DNA of 63,691 nucleotides, filler included, from Reticulomyxa filosa (lineage: Eukaryota > Protista > Foraminifera): assembly GCA_000512085.1 (NCBI GenBank). It is 14 parts of 14 records of this genome, joined end to end, with 100 filler letters (N's around TTAATTAATTAA, not from the genome) between each part and the next. Parts side by side here need not be neighbours in the genome. Positions count along the whole stretch, not along the records: positions 33,309 to 36,766 come from ASPP01017287.1; positions 36,867 to 38,943 come from ASPP01017948.1; positions 39,044 to 50,599 come from ASPP01008063.1; 11 more parts are not named here. The stretch is one strand, 5' to 3'. Made by a program: the position numbers and the translations under genes. Under the pieces are notes generated by a model that made no database searches, was not told the origin of the DNA, and saw nothing but the letters and a program-made list of their open reading frames with translations. Numbering within the stretch: the first letter of the stretch is position 1; every line of letters starts with the position of its first letter. This document shows, piece after piece, positions 34,142 to 45,891 of this stretch.

Positions 34142-36766
34142 ATGGTTTCATATTCGTTGCAACTAGGTGGAACAAGAGGATATTTCAACAAGTTTAGGAA
34201 CAATACTTGTGCTCGCTGATTCCGAGCGTTTCACAACTGAAACTTGTAAAAAAAAATGTGCACCAAATAAAGGTTAGTGCAGCTGCTGAAGAACGCAGTG
34301 AGTGATCCACAGAGCCACGGTCAGCAATTGGACGAGAATTTGGTGGGTATTCTGAACGAAATGTTTGACGTGAATGACCCGTACGAGTCACTGTTTTTCA
34401 CAAACACGGAGCTGTGTTGTGAGTTTTTGAAGCGTTTAACCTTCCATTATCTGTTAGCGGGACAATCATATAACTCGATCGAGAAATGCAGATACGAATG
34501 GCCAATGGCCCACTTATCAGTTTATAACAAAAAAAAGTTGGCAAAGAGTAAGGGGCCAACCATATATCTACATAAAAAAAAAAAAATGAAATTGGGGATA
34601 ATAGGAACGAACACGAGACCTGTTGAAAAAAAGGAAAATGGAGGACTTGGCGAAAATTTTTAAAGAAAGCCAAAATGTCGCACCGACATCATCATCATCA
34701 ATTGTAACTGCAAGTGTAAGTACCACACGAAGCAAAGACAGCAGAGACGAGACGAAGAAAATGACGACGTGGTTGACGTGAGAAACGCGGAATGGTTTTT
34801 TTAAGATATTGCAGTTACCTCACGTTGCTAAAGTCTCCAGGTCTGCCAACACAAGAGATGATCGCGAAACACCGCGAAAAGCAGCGCCAATGTGAGCAAC
34901 GCGAACAGCAGCGAACGTCCAAATGGTCATTACCACAATGGATTGGCGGCATTTCGCATTCGAAACAGCTGCAATTGTCACAGCTGTCAGATTTGCAATT
35001 GCACCCGCATGTGCATTCACATGCACAACGTGCCCAACAAATCGTGTGGCAAATCAGCCAACTCGATCATGACGTGTTCTTCTTCTATCAACAACTCTTT
35101 CGTCTCTTTGTCGATACAATCGTGCCCAAACCTGTTTTTCCTTTGTATATAAATATATATACATATATATATATTTTTTTTTTTATATTTATTTATATAT
35201 AATGTATATGTATATGTCTAATTGTCATTTTTTTTTTTTTAACAAAAAAGAATGGACCGATCTTTGGTCGACACAATATTCACCGATTCTCTGGTTGAAA
35301 TCGTGGATGAGTGTTGGATTGCTCCCACTTTAACTGAAATCTCTATCGTTACGAATAACATGCATACGTATACACATATATATGTATATGTATACATAAT
35401 GCGTGCACAATGTGCATAAATAACTTTATCCTTTTCTCTCTATTTCGCAACTGCGTGTTGTGGACACGAACGAACAGAGCCGTCGGAGTCAAACGCTGCC
35501 ATTGCTGAAGGACGTCGTGGAAAGACTCACACTTCGTCAGTGCGTGCACTTGATCCGTCAAGCACATGCAGTGACTTCCTCTCCCTTTAACTTGTCCTCC
35601 CGAGAACGTGCATTTGACACCTATCGTCGCAACACCAGCATCAATGTCAATGTCAATGCCAATGTCAATACCAATAGCAATGGCATGTATAACGACAACT
35701 ATTTGTCCGTGTCCAAGACGTCGTGCATGTCCCCTCACTTGGCCCTCGTCGTCAAAGACTTGTTCCCCTTTTTCCAGCAGTGTCTCGCCAAGTGGCCTTT
35801 GGATCTCATTACTCATTTCCACACAGTTCAAAGCGTGCATTTATACAATTTTTTTTTTTGCAATGTTTATTATCATTATTATTATTATTATTATTTTGTT
35901 TGAAAAAAAAAACAATAAAAGTTAGTGGAGATGATTCTCGTTATATTGGCACCTTGGTCGGTGATCGCGTTGGAAGAATACGAACAACTCCGCGCCTCTG
36001 CTTCTGCCTCTGCCACAACTACGCGTACTGGCAGCGGTCTAGTGTCATGGCTGTTCTCTTGGCTGTTGCGACGCAAGCGCGCAAACACACCGCCCACTGT
36101 CGATAGCATGTCCTTCTCACAACGCATTACTTACCAAAAATATGCACTTGCCGCCGACGTGTCTCTCTGGTTAAATACATAAATACATAAATTTACTTAT
36201 TTATTTATTTATATTAATTCAATTGGCTGTGTTTGTTAAACAATGAAACATAGGTCACAATATATAATGGAACTGATGCCATTCTATTCAGCCTTGGTGG
36301 GACCGGTATTGGAACTCATGCGCCATTGCGACTTTGAACAAGAGTGCAATCTCACGTGCTTGCTCAGATTGCTGTGCTTGTACAGTGATGACCGCTTGAG
36401 GTCGCTGGTGGTTTCCAACGAGGCCTTGCTGGTCAAAATGACCACGGAGAAACGCTGGGCGCCGCAGTGCGATAGTGATGAGCAATGGAGGTCTTGGTGG
36501 CTACAGCAGTCTCTCACGCTCTTGCATCCCGTCAAAGGCTCTACCACACTCAATTATACGTACTTTGTGTCGCCCTTCTCCTCCGCCACTCAATGGAACG
36601 TCGCACAGTCCAATGCCGTACTTTTGGCTCAGCATTTGAAAAGCTTTCGCTCTCTGCTTCATGCGCAAATTGGTGGAGCTCAAGATAAAGTTGCTGTCAT
36701 CGATGAATGTGTCGAACGGCTTATCTCTTTATTTAAGGTGTTGTTTTCATTTTTAAAAAAAAAAAA
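34142..36766 (+). CDS. SMPD4 (neutral sphingomyelinase-3)-like protein, multi-exon, 3' truncated
   Basis: LFPFFQQCLAKWPLD...LVEMILVILAPW and W.QYIMELMPFYSALVGPVLELMRHCDF resemble the SMPD4-family motifs 'FLQHCFGHWPLD...EMWLSYLQPW' and 'W..FV.ENL..Y..L'. Confidence 0.55.
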
Positions 36767-36866
36767 NNNNNNNNNNNNNNNNNNNNNNNNNNNNNNNNNN
36801 NNNNNNNNNNTTAATTAATTAANNNNNNNNNNNNNNNNNNNNNNNNNNNNNNNNNNNNNNNNNNNN
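36767..36866. other. Artificial contig linker
   Basis: N44-TTAATTAATTAA-N44. Confidence 0.98.
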
Positions 36867-37773
36867 ATCGTTTTATGCGTTCAGTTTTCTTTGCAACATA
36901 CTGTATTTATGCCTAACACACGACAAAGTCCATCTGCTATTCGAATGCAATTGAAACTTTTTTTAACAAAAATTTTTTAACAAAATGACAGTAATAAAAT
37001 AATTCAGTTTTAAAACTCAGTATTGATGTTTTTTTCATGTTTGTCATTTTTTGCTTGGCATAGTCTTTAGAAGAAAGTGAACGAACATAGTTTTCGGGTT
37101 CTTGCTTAAAAAGTTCAAAATTGTGACATTTCACTTGTTCACTCCAACAACCAGCACAATATTTTAAATACACGTCATAAAATCATCGTAACTATTTTAT
37201 CCCAACTATTATATGTTTAACTAAATCTGGCTCATTTTCAAAAAAATAGTTCAAAAAAAACCAAAAAAGAACCACAATAAAAAGAAAATGACTCAAAATT
37301 AAAAAATAGCACACAAAAAGGTAATACATGTCGTAAAAGAACTCGATGATTGTCAAATAATTTGTTGGAAACATTGAGAAATAGAGTTGTGTCCAAAGCA
37401 CTTTGAAGAACTTGTGAAACTACAAACTTAGGTTAAAAATTAATTTTTATGTCATTTGAGACTTTTGCAAATCTGTTTTGGATAATGTACTAATTGAAGT
37501 ATTTATAAGCTGCGGACGTTGAAAAGATACCAAGTAGTTTGTGATTCACATGTTTCAATTCACGTCAATATCAAATACGGCGTGTTACTAGCATAACTTT
37601 CAAATTATTTTATTTGATTTACAGTTTGTGTTTGCATCTCTTTTTTGTGAGTTTCTAAGCAGTTTCAAAAATACGCCAACTCGATTAAAGTTGTTGAACA
37701 TTTCATACTGTATTGTACAACGTATACCAGCAGAAAGTTAGGCGACAAAAAAAGGGTGCAATAAATTTGGTTC

Positions 37774-38903
37774 ATGTCATTTCACAGAATGGAAGACAAC
37801 GAAAACAAACCAAAAAATGAAGGAACTGGTTTAATCGAGAGTCCACAAGAGGCTCCTGTGCCGGAGTCAGTGGCTTGGGGCTTTAGCATAGTGACGTTAC
37901 TGATCTCGGTAGGAGTAGCAGTAGCAACAAAGCTGTACATCGAATTTGGGATCGCGTACGGAGTGAACTACATAATGTTTTTCTTTTACGCGTGGCCATA
38001 TCACACGGAATATTTTTACGACTTCACTGGGATGATGACATTTCTTAGTGTGACATTATATTCGTTTTTCAATGCCGTTGGACGTCACGACGACGAGCAA
38101 TCGAAAAACCCTCGCAACATTATACTCTCACTAATGGTCATCATTTGGACATTGCGTTTGGGGTCCTTTTTATTTCAGAGAATCCGCACCGAAGGGGGAC
38201 AAGATCGACGCTTTGACGCCATACGCAACAATTTTGCACGTTTTTTCATGCTGTGGACACTGCAAGGTATTTCGAAACAAACAAACAAACAAATAATAAG
38301 GGGGGGGGTTGTTTTTTTTTTTTCTCCCACAATATGATGCGTGCATTATTTAAATGTATGGAAATTCGCATTAAAAAAAAAAAAAAAAATTACGTATCGC
38401 AACACATATACGTATAATTGTATACAATAAATGTGCAAAACATTAGGAGCGTGGGGCTATTGGGTAACCTTACCAGTAACATATGCGAACTTGACAGCGT
38501 ATGACCATTCATCGCTAATGGCGAATGACTACATTGGCTGGTTTGTGTGGGTCTTTGGCTTTGGTTTCGAAGTGATATCGGATCACCAAAAAAGCGTGTT
38601 TAAAGAGGATCCTCAAAATCGCAACAAATTTATCAATGTGGGCTTGTGGAAACTGTCTCGACATCCCAATTACTTTGGCGAAATCTCTTTGTGGTGTGGC
38701 GTCACCATCAGCGCTTTGGGCATTGCTCATGACTGGGGCTTTCTCATGCTCTTGTCCCCATTGTGGACTTTCACTTTGCTGTGCTTTTTGAGCGGAATCC
38801 CTCCCACTGAAAAACGTGCTGACATCAAATTTAAAGATAATCCAGATTATCAAGAATACAAAAAAATACTCCGTTCTCATCCCGTTTTGCTTTTGTTGGA
38901 AGT

Positions 38904-38943
<40 letters not shown>
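37774..38943 (+). CDS. DUF1295 family membrane protein (steroid 5-alpha-reductase/ICMT-like superfamily)
   Basis: TEYFYDFTG, IWTLRLGSFLFQRI...QDRRFDAIR, WTLQG|AWGYWVTLP, FEVISDHQKSVFK...FINVGLWKLSRHPNYFGEISLW, SGIPPTEK. One intron at about 38267-38447. Confidence 0.9.
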
Positions 38944-39043
38944 NNNNNNNNNNNNNNNNNNNNNNNNNNNNNNNNNNNNNNNNNNNNTTAATTAATTAAN
39001 NNNNNNNNNNNNNNNNNNNNNNNNNNNNNNNNNNNNNNNNNNN
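38944..39043. other. Artificial contig linker
   Basis: N44-TTAATTAATTAA-N44. Confidence 0.98.
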
Positions 39044-39761
39044 AAAAAAAAAAAAAAAATTATAACGGAAATAAAATTGGATGGCGATTGATGGATGCTC
39101 CTTTTTCTCCCTCAATGGATTGCTGATTACTTTGCTGGGTATAAGCAATGCGCGCACAAAAGATCGAATTCCAGAAAATGCTGGAGCAAGAACTGGAAGA
39201 CATAAAAAAAGAATTGGACTCCAAATTTAGTGAGTTTGGGACGCGATTGGAAAGATATTACAAACGACAATGTTTACATGTACATCAACACCGACAAGTT
39301 GTTGAATGGTATCACACACAAATGCAATTACAAAAACTCAGTCAAACACAAAGCAATCTGTTCGCATATAACAATAACGAGACTACCCTCAATCCTAATC
39401 GTCATAATAAATCTATTTATTCAAACAAAACACAACCCTATCCTATTCCCGCAAAGTGGAATATGGACGACACCGAAAGTGATGAGAATAATCCTCAGAT
39501 GTCTTCCAAATCCCAAAGTGACCCTGATGAGGAAAAAATTCGTAATCCTCATGATTACAATGGCAGTCAAAATAAAAGCCCAAAAAAAACTAAAAACAAA
39601 AACGGAAAGGGTTCAAATCATGCTGAAGATGAAAGCCAAGATGTCATTTTTAGGAAAAATACAAACTGAAGTTGATATTATTCGAAATATTTCTTTGGAA
39701 GAGGATTTTCACAAATTGTTGGAGAGGATTCATCAAATTAAACAATCTATTGCTAGCTTAT
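39044..39761 (+). CDS. 3' fragment of a hypothetical coiled-coil protein
   Basis: ORF 39148-39669 begins with a coiled coil. A probable terminal helix (EVDIIRNISLEEDFHKLLERIHQIKQSIASL) lies in a shifted frame. Confidence 0.45.
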
Positions 39762-40149
39762 GAGTATATTTTTTCTGCTGTTTTCACTTTTTTCTTGTTG
39801 TGCGTGTTACTGGTACATAGATTTGTTTCAACGGTCTTTTTTTCAAAGCTTCTTTTTGTTGGGATTATTTTAGCACAGACACAATGGAAATGTTCGGTTT
39901 TTATTGTGAAATTTCGTCATTGTAGTGCTTGTGCTCTCGCGTATATTGATTGTTTTTCTTTTTCTACTCTGTTAAATATTTGCCATTTCGGACTTTGCAC
40001 ATTAATAAAATACCATTTTAGTTTTATGCGATTTGATGATGACAACTCATTATGTCTGTTATAAATAAAAATGGTGTGGCATTAAATATGTAAAAAATGA
40101 AACACTTCCCAAATCCAAACCATAAAAACGAAAATAATAATAAAAAGAT

Positions 40150-43100
40150 TTACAAATCAAACAATCCTTTTTTGGTGACTTGTGGTGTTGGGTTGTAAGC
40201 AAAGGGATTTTGTGGAATCTTAGCAACGACCGTGACATCATCAGAAGCACTTTGAATTTCTTTTTCCATCTCAGAAATAGTTCGTTTTTTAGCCAATAAA
40301 TTGGACTTTGGATCTTTTTTGGTTTGAATGTTGGTATCAATTGTTTTTGAAGGGATCTGTTGTTTTTGATTTTCCTTGTTGGAAATGTTATCGACATGAG
40401 TGAGTGTAAGCAGATACTGATTCAGTGCATCGGCCAATTCGGTCAAGCGATGACGACAACTAATTTTAATGGCCTCAGACAAAAAGTTAGAACTCATCAA
40501 ATGAAACTTGGCAATATCTAACGCGAGAGAAGGACGATTATTTGTGCAAGCAAGCTCGAACAAAGGCAAATACATTTCTGCTTGTTTTTCGACATTACTT
40601 TGGCCATTGCCACGAAGTGTCTTGCTTGGATGCAAATGGTGACGCGATAACATCATATGTTCCGATTCCACAAAGGGTGTATTAAAGTTGAGTAATGGCA
40701 AACACAACGAAATAAAGCAATTGCTCTTTTCAAATGTGTTAATAAAACACAAGCGACTTAATTCTTCGTCGAATACAATCGGGACAAATTTGTTGTCATT
40801 CAAGTCCAATTGCAAAGGATCTGTTTGAAGTGTGAATGGAACCCAAGACAAATCATTGCGATTAAACACTCGTAATATATTTGCATCGTCCAAAATCATA
40901 ATCATTCCACTTTTTGAACAAATGTGGGTCCATTTGATGGTGAGATTGGAAACAGCAACGTCACATTCCATCCGTTTCTGTGGAATCGGTGTTTCTGATT
41001 GCTTGTGACAAGTTGTGATAATGTTGGAATCAAAGGCCCAGAGTTTTAACGCCGTAGAATAAACAGGATAATTAAAGATGCAAACAAACGAATTGGAATT
41101 CAGACATCCACACAGAGTGACAATATTCCCAGGAATGGACAATACATTGATCTGAAGTCCATGCATTGAAAAGAGACGGAGATAACGATGACTTGTGACA
41201 CAAATGAGACACTCCTTGGTCAATGCGACAGCCAAAGGCCGTTCATTCATTGCAAATGTTTGGTTCCACTCTTGGTGTTTGTCTTTTTCAAAGGGAACAT
41301 ATTTCAAATAATTGGGTTCATTTTCGAGACTGGTTGCCAGCACCATGCCAGTGTGTGAGATATCTCCCAAACTGTAATAATGAACCTCTCGAATTCGGAT
41401 GGCCCGTTTGTGAATACTTCGATCAATAAACTCGACTTCGATTTCGTATTGTCCTTCAACTGAAGCCCACGATATCTTTTCACGCACACTCTTTCGAATG
41501 ACCAATCCGCCGACTTCGTTCCAAGCCAAATATCGCATTCCCGTTTCATCAAAGTCGCGAGTGCTTCCATTGTGAATACCGTCAAATGTCCACTTCTCCA
41601 TTGTCTTTGTACTTTGTTTCTTCGTTATATTCGCCACGTCTCCCACGTCCAAATCTATGTCAACGTCGTTCTGCTCATTATTGTCCTTTGCTTCGCTTTC
41701 ATCCTGATCGTGTTCACTCTCGTGTTCAATGTCAATGCCAAGGTCGTCGTCCCTCTCATACGCAATCTCATTGTCGTCATTGTCGTCATTGTCCACTTGC
41801 TCGACACTTTCATTTTGTTCGAACAATGTCACATCAAACACTGACGCGTCTTTTGTCGCATTATCGTCGTGCGACTTTTTTTTACGCACCAATTGCTTTT
41901 TCTTTGTCGTTTCGTGCGTCACTCCACTGTCGACATCCAATTCCTCTTCTTCTTCCTCTTTGTTGCTATCCTTGTCTTTCTGCTTCTCTTCACTCATATG
42001 TGTACTCTTTTCCTCTTCTTTGCTCTCATGTCCGTTTACATTTGCGTGTTCCTTTTCAAGTTCGCTGTTCAAATCCGTTTGGGTGACATCGGAGAATTGT
42101 GTGTGCGAAATGGCGACCACTGTCCCCACCAAATTGGACGTGTACAGCACAGAGTGTTGATTGTCCCAAGCCATGGCCACAATGGGCGACCCACGCAAAA
42201 CACTTGCGTCGGACTTGTGCAGGGATAAAGACACGGGCGGAGATACTGGACGTTCGTCGCCATTGCAAGATGTGGACATGCTCCACGCCGTGATTTCACC
42301 GGACAAATCTCCGATACACAAATAACAGTGCTGTGTATCACGTGGTTCGTCCGTCAACACGAGCGAATTAATGGAGTTGACGTGTGTATGTTTGTCTTTC
42401 AATTCAATTGTGTGCGTCGGTTGTGTCCATTCATTCGCATTGCTCGTCTCGTCGTTGTCGATACGGAATATGTCAATGCGATTATTCGTGGCGTTGATCA
42501 AAGCGCAAAAATATTCGTTCATACAAAACACGTGACGATATTTGCAATGGGGCTGATTCGTCATCTTTGGGAAACGGCGTGGCCAACACGTCAATATCTT
42601 GTGCGTGCTTCCACTACTCACTTGCATTCGAATAAACGTGCCGTCACACGTCGCAATTGCCAATATATCAGAATGGCGGGGAAACCATTCCAGTTGACAC
42701 ACCCCACTCGTATCATTACCTGGTTTCAGTTCTTGACATCCCCATTTTCCCTCGCTTTCATCGCAAAGTTTTGACACGTCTTCGAACACCACAAGTTTAC
42801 CGTCGGCACTTCCACAACCGGCTTTATTCGGACTTTCTCGGCTTCGCGAAAACGCACAACACATTGCATTCACTGCAAATTTTTTTAGACAGTTCAATGT
42901 TTGATGACTCGGAAAACCTTTATATAGTGTCACTTCTCCGTCGTCATTGGATGTTATCATAAAGTCCCCATTTTGTGACAGGCTTAATCCTGTGAATGCC
43001 ATGTTGTGTTGCTGTGACTTCGCGCTCAGCACTTTTATTGTATTGCTTTCATTCAAATAAGCTATTCTTATTTTACCATCACTGCACGCAAAGTACAGTA

Positions 43101-43265
43101 GCCTGCCTCATATCACACGTATTCCAAGTTTTTGTTATGGTCATATCTTACAAATTTCAGTTTTTTGTGTGTAACAGCTAAATCGTGGAGTAGGCAATAA
43201 ATAAATAACTGCTTTGAAGAATCCAAAACGCTTGCATGTCCATGACCTACTTTAATTGTTGACAT
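40150..43265 (-). CDS. WDHD1: WDHD1/AND-1/Ctf4 replisome hub (WD40 + acidic linker + SepB domain)
   Basis: Spliced N-terminus MSTIKVGHGHASVLDSSKQ|LLYFACSDGKIRI (ATG 43265, phase-2 intron); WD40 blades; SepB motifs HNGST...RYLAWNEVG, IEVEFIDRSIH, W...FAMNERPLAVAL...VTSHRYLRLFSMHGLQ; C-terminal NPF. Confidence 0.85.
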
Positions 43266-43544
43266 AGCACCTCACCAGTAAAATTCTACGCAATTTGTTC
43301 TCTTTCTTCTCTTTCTAGTCCTTTTTCTGTTGCCTCTAAACCTTTTCTTGCTCCAATTTATTAAATGTACTACTGTAAGCTTCAGAATGCAGTTACCTTG
43401 TCCAAATAGATCACCTCGTGATTGACAGTGTCATTGTTAAATGATAGATTGAGCATTTGTGACAATTAGTTTACAAATCACTTTAAAACATTACTTTTAA
43501 TTAATAGATACTTTTAAAACCTGTCATACTACGACATATATTCT

Positions 43545-44921
43545 ATGGACCGTACTAAAACTGAAAAAGAGTTCAAAAAAAAAAAACGGGTGAAACGAAA
43601 AGTTTTTTCTCCTGTGAAGTACTCTATGAACAAGAATATGGAGAACGCGTCCATGTTTCGGGCAACAGGACCTAAGAGCACTGAGTATACACAATTGGAG
43701 GAATATATAGAAAAGTATTATGATATGCTAAAAAAAAAGCAGAAGAGCCAAGCCGACCGTTTTTTGCAAAGCATTCGTAAATTTGTGCTGATGCATGGCT
43801 GTTCAGACGAGGACATTTTAAGTGAGACACCAAGTGGAACTGGAGTGGGAATAAATGTAGGAGCGAAGGGAGGCGTAAGTCAAGCGAGTTCGGATCACTT
43901 GACAAGCGTGACGTCAACGTCGAGCATAGGAACAGCCTCGAGCACGTCAACAACGAATACAAGTTCGACATTGAACCCGAACGGAAATGAAGAAAAAGAC
44001 AAAGAAGGGGATAAAGAGAAACGCACGAACTCGTCTCTGTTCGCAAGAATAGGACACGAATTACCGACAATTCGAAAAGTGGAAGACACATTGCGCGGAC
44101 GTTTGTGGCGAGTGGTGTTGGGAGTGTCGAAATTGAATGCAAATGCGTATCAAAACGAAATTCAAAAAAACGAGGCCCCGGACAACGCATACGTATTGAT
44201 TCGCAACGACACGAAACGCACATTTGCGAACAACGAAGCATTTAAATCCAGAGTATCCGAGGAGCGCCTGATCCGCGTGTTGAACTCGTTCGTATACAAA
44301 TCCAATCACAAGTATTGTCAAGGCATGGACTGCATTGCAGGCATTTTGCTACACACTATGCCTGAATTGCATGCGTTTCATACATTTACGGTATTAATGG
44401 TCAACCACTTCCCGACGTACTTTGACACGGATGAGAGTGACGCACGCAAGTCGTTGACAGGGGCTTACGCAGGAGCCTGCTTGGCCAGGCAAGTCATCGA
44501 GGTAATAGACGAAGAGCTGTTCCAACATCTCAAGCCTATTGATCCTTGGCAATATTTGTTTCCTATTGTCTTGTCGTTTCAAACTCTGGCCCAGCCTTTT
44601 CATGAAGTCCAACATTTGTGGGATTTCTTGTTTTGCTTTGGCGTTCATTTGAATCCTATCGTCGCTGCTGCACAAATCATTGCCAAAAAAGATCTTTTGA
44701 TGGAACAAACACCCAATGCCTTGTCCCAAGGACTCTTGTCCCAGCGTAAATGGCTCAATGGACAACTCGATGGCCGGCTCGTTGTCAAAATCTCTATGGA
44801 TATCATCTGCACTCTCAAATCCAACGACAAATACAAGAGTTTGTGGCAAGACATTTTAACACACACCACCAACTTAGAAAATGCTCGTCGTATTAAACAA
44901 AAAAATTCCAGTACGAAATAA
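43545..44921 (+). CDS. BUB2: TBC-domain GAP of the Bub2/Cdc16 type
   Basis: LRGRLWRVVLGV, IRNDTKRTFANNEAFKSRVSEERLIRVLNSF, YCQGMDCIAG, LWDFLFCFGVHLN match Bub2/Cdc16 signatures. Single long ORF; the start may be ATG 43626. Confidence 0.8.
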   Translation: MDRTKTEKEFKKKKRVKRKVFSPVKYSMNKNMENASMFRATGPKSTEYTQLEEYIEKYYDMLKKKQKSQADRFLQSIRKFVLMHGCSDEDILSETPSGTGVGINVGAKGGVSQASSDHLTSVTSTSSIGTASSTSTTNTSSTLNPNGNEEKDKEGDKEKRTNSSLFARIGHELPTIRKVEDTLRGRLWRVVLGVSKLNANAYQNEIQKNEAPDNAYVLIRNDTKRTFANNEAFKSRVSEERLIRVLNSFVYKSNHKYCQGMDCIAGILLHTMPELHAFHTFTVLMVNHFPTYFDTDESDARKSLTGAYAGACLARQVIEVIDEELFQHLKPIDPWQYLFPIVLSFQTLAQPFHEVQHLWDFLFCFGVHLNPIVAAAQIIAKKDLLMEQTPNALSQGLLSQRKWLNGQLDGRLVVKISMDIICTLKSNDKYKSLWQDILTHTTNLENARRIKQKNSSTK

Positions 44922-45891
44922 ACTTATAACATATTCTTCAAATAAACGAATAAGCCAACTTTTTTTTTGCTGATTGTTTTCCCAATCTCTTTGTTCAAAT
45001 GGGAAGACAAAAGCTTTCACATGTTAATAAGGAATTTCCTACTTTATTCCCCCTTCTTTTTTTTTGTACCATTGGATTGTTTTCCTTCACTTTTGGTATC
45101 CATTGTTTGAAAGCAGGCCTCACATTTTCGACATTTGGGCACTTTGAGAATTTCCTAAAAATGAACTACAACACTGTGTACACGAACACTTTTCGTAAGC
45201 GTGCTTCCTAATCTTGTCGATAAAAGACTCCTGAAAGATATGTAGGATCTTGTGCTCATATTCATTAAAGACCCTTTTTGAAAAGAGATTGCAATTTTGT
45301 AGTTGTATATCAAACAAATTTTTTGTATAATGCTAAAAACAGAGAAAATGAGAGAAAATATAAAAGTCTAAAAATTTCGCCTCTAAAAAAATAAAGGTTC
45401 ATTCGGATGTCTACACTAATTTTATTCTTATTTGTACTCCAAATAATATAAGTGTTTTTAATTCCGAATGCATTTTCAAAAAAATTGCAATGATTTTAAA
45501 GTAAGAAGTTTTTATCAGTGTTTGTCACTGTTAGAACTCAGCGACTCTTTTATCATTCCAAGCGTGAGGACACGGAAAAGAATTCGCAACAAAAAGTTAC
45601 GAAAAATTTCCTCAATTAAAAAACACACCAAACAATTTACCGAGAAAATAATGGATTGGCTTGGTGTGTTCACAAAAATTTGGCTTGCACAAAAACAAAG
45701 TTAAATGTCAGCGACAAAGTCGTGACTCTAATTTTGAAAATTTCACCAAGTAACAAGGTTATGCAATGTACTTCTCTTCTTCCTCTATCCCATGTATTAT
45801 TATTTTTTCTTTTTCCAAAACAAATCAAATTAAGAAATAGAAAAGACCAGTTCCGTCACTTATTATTTTTTCTTTTTTGCGAACTTTTATG

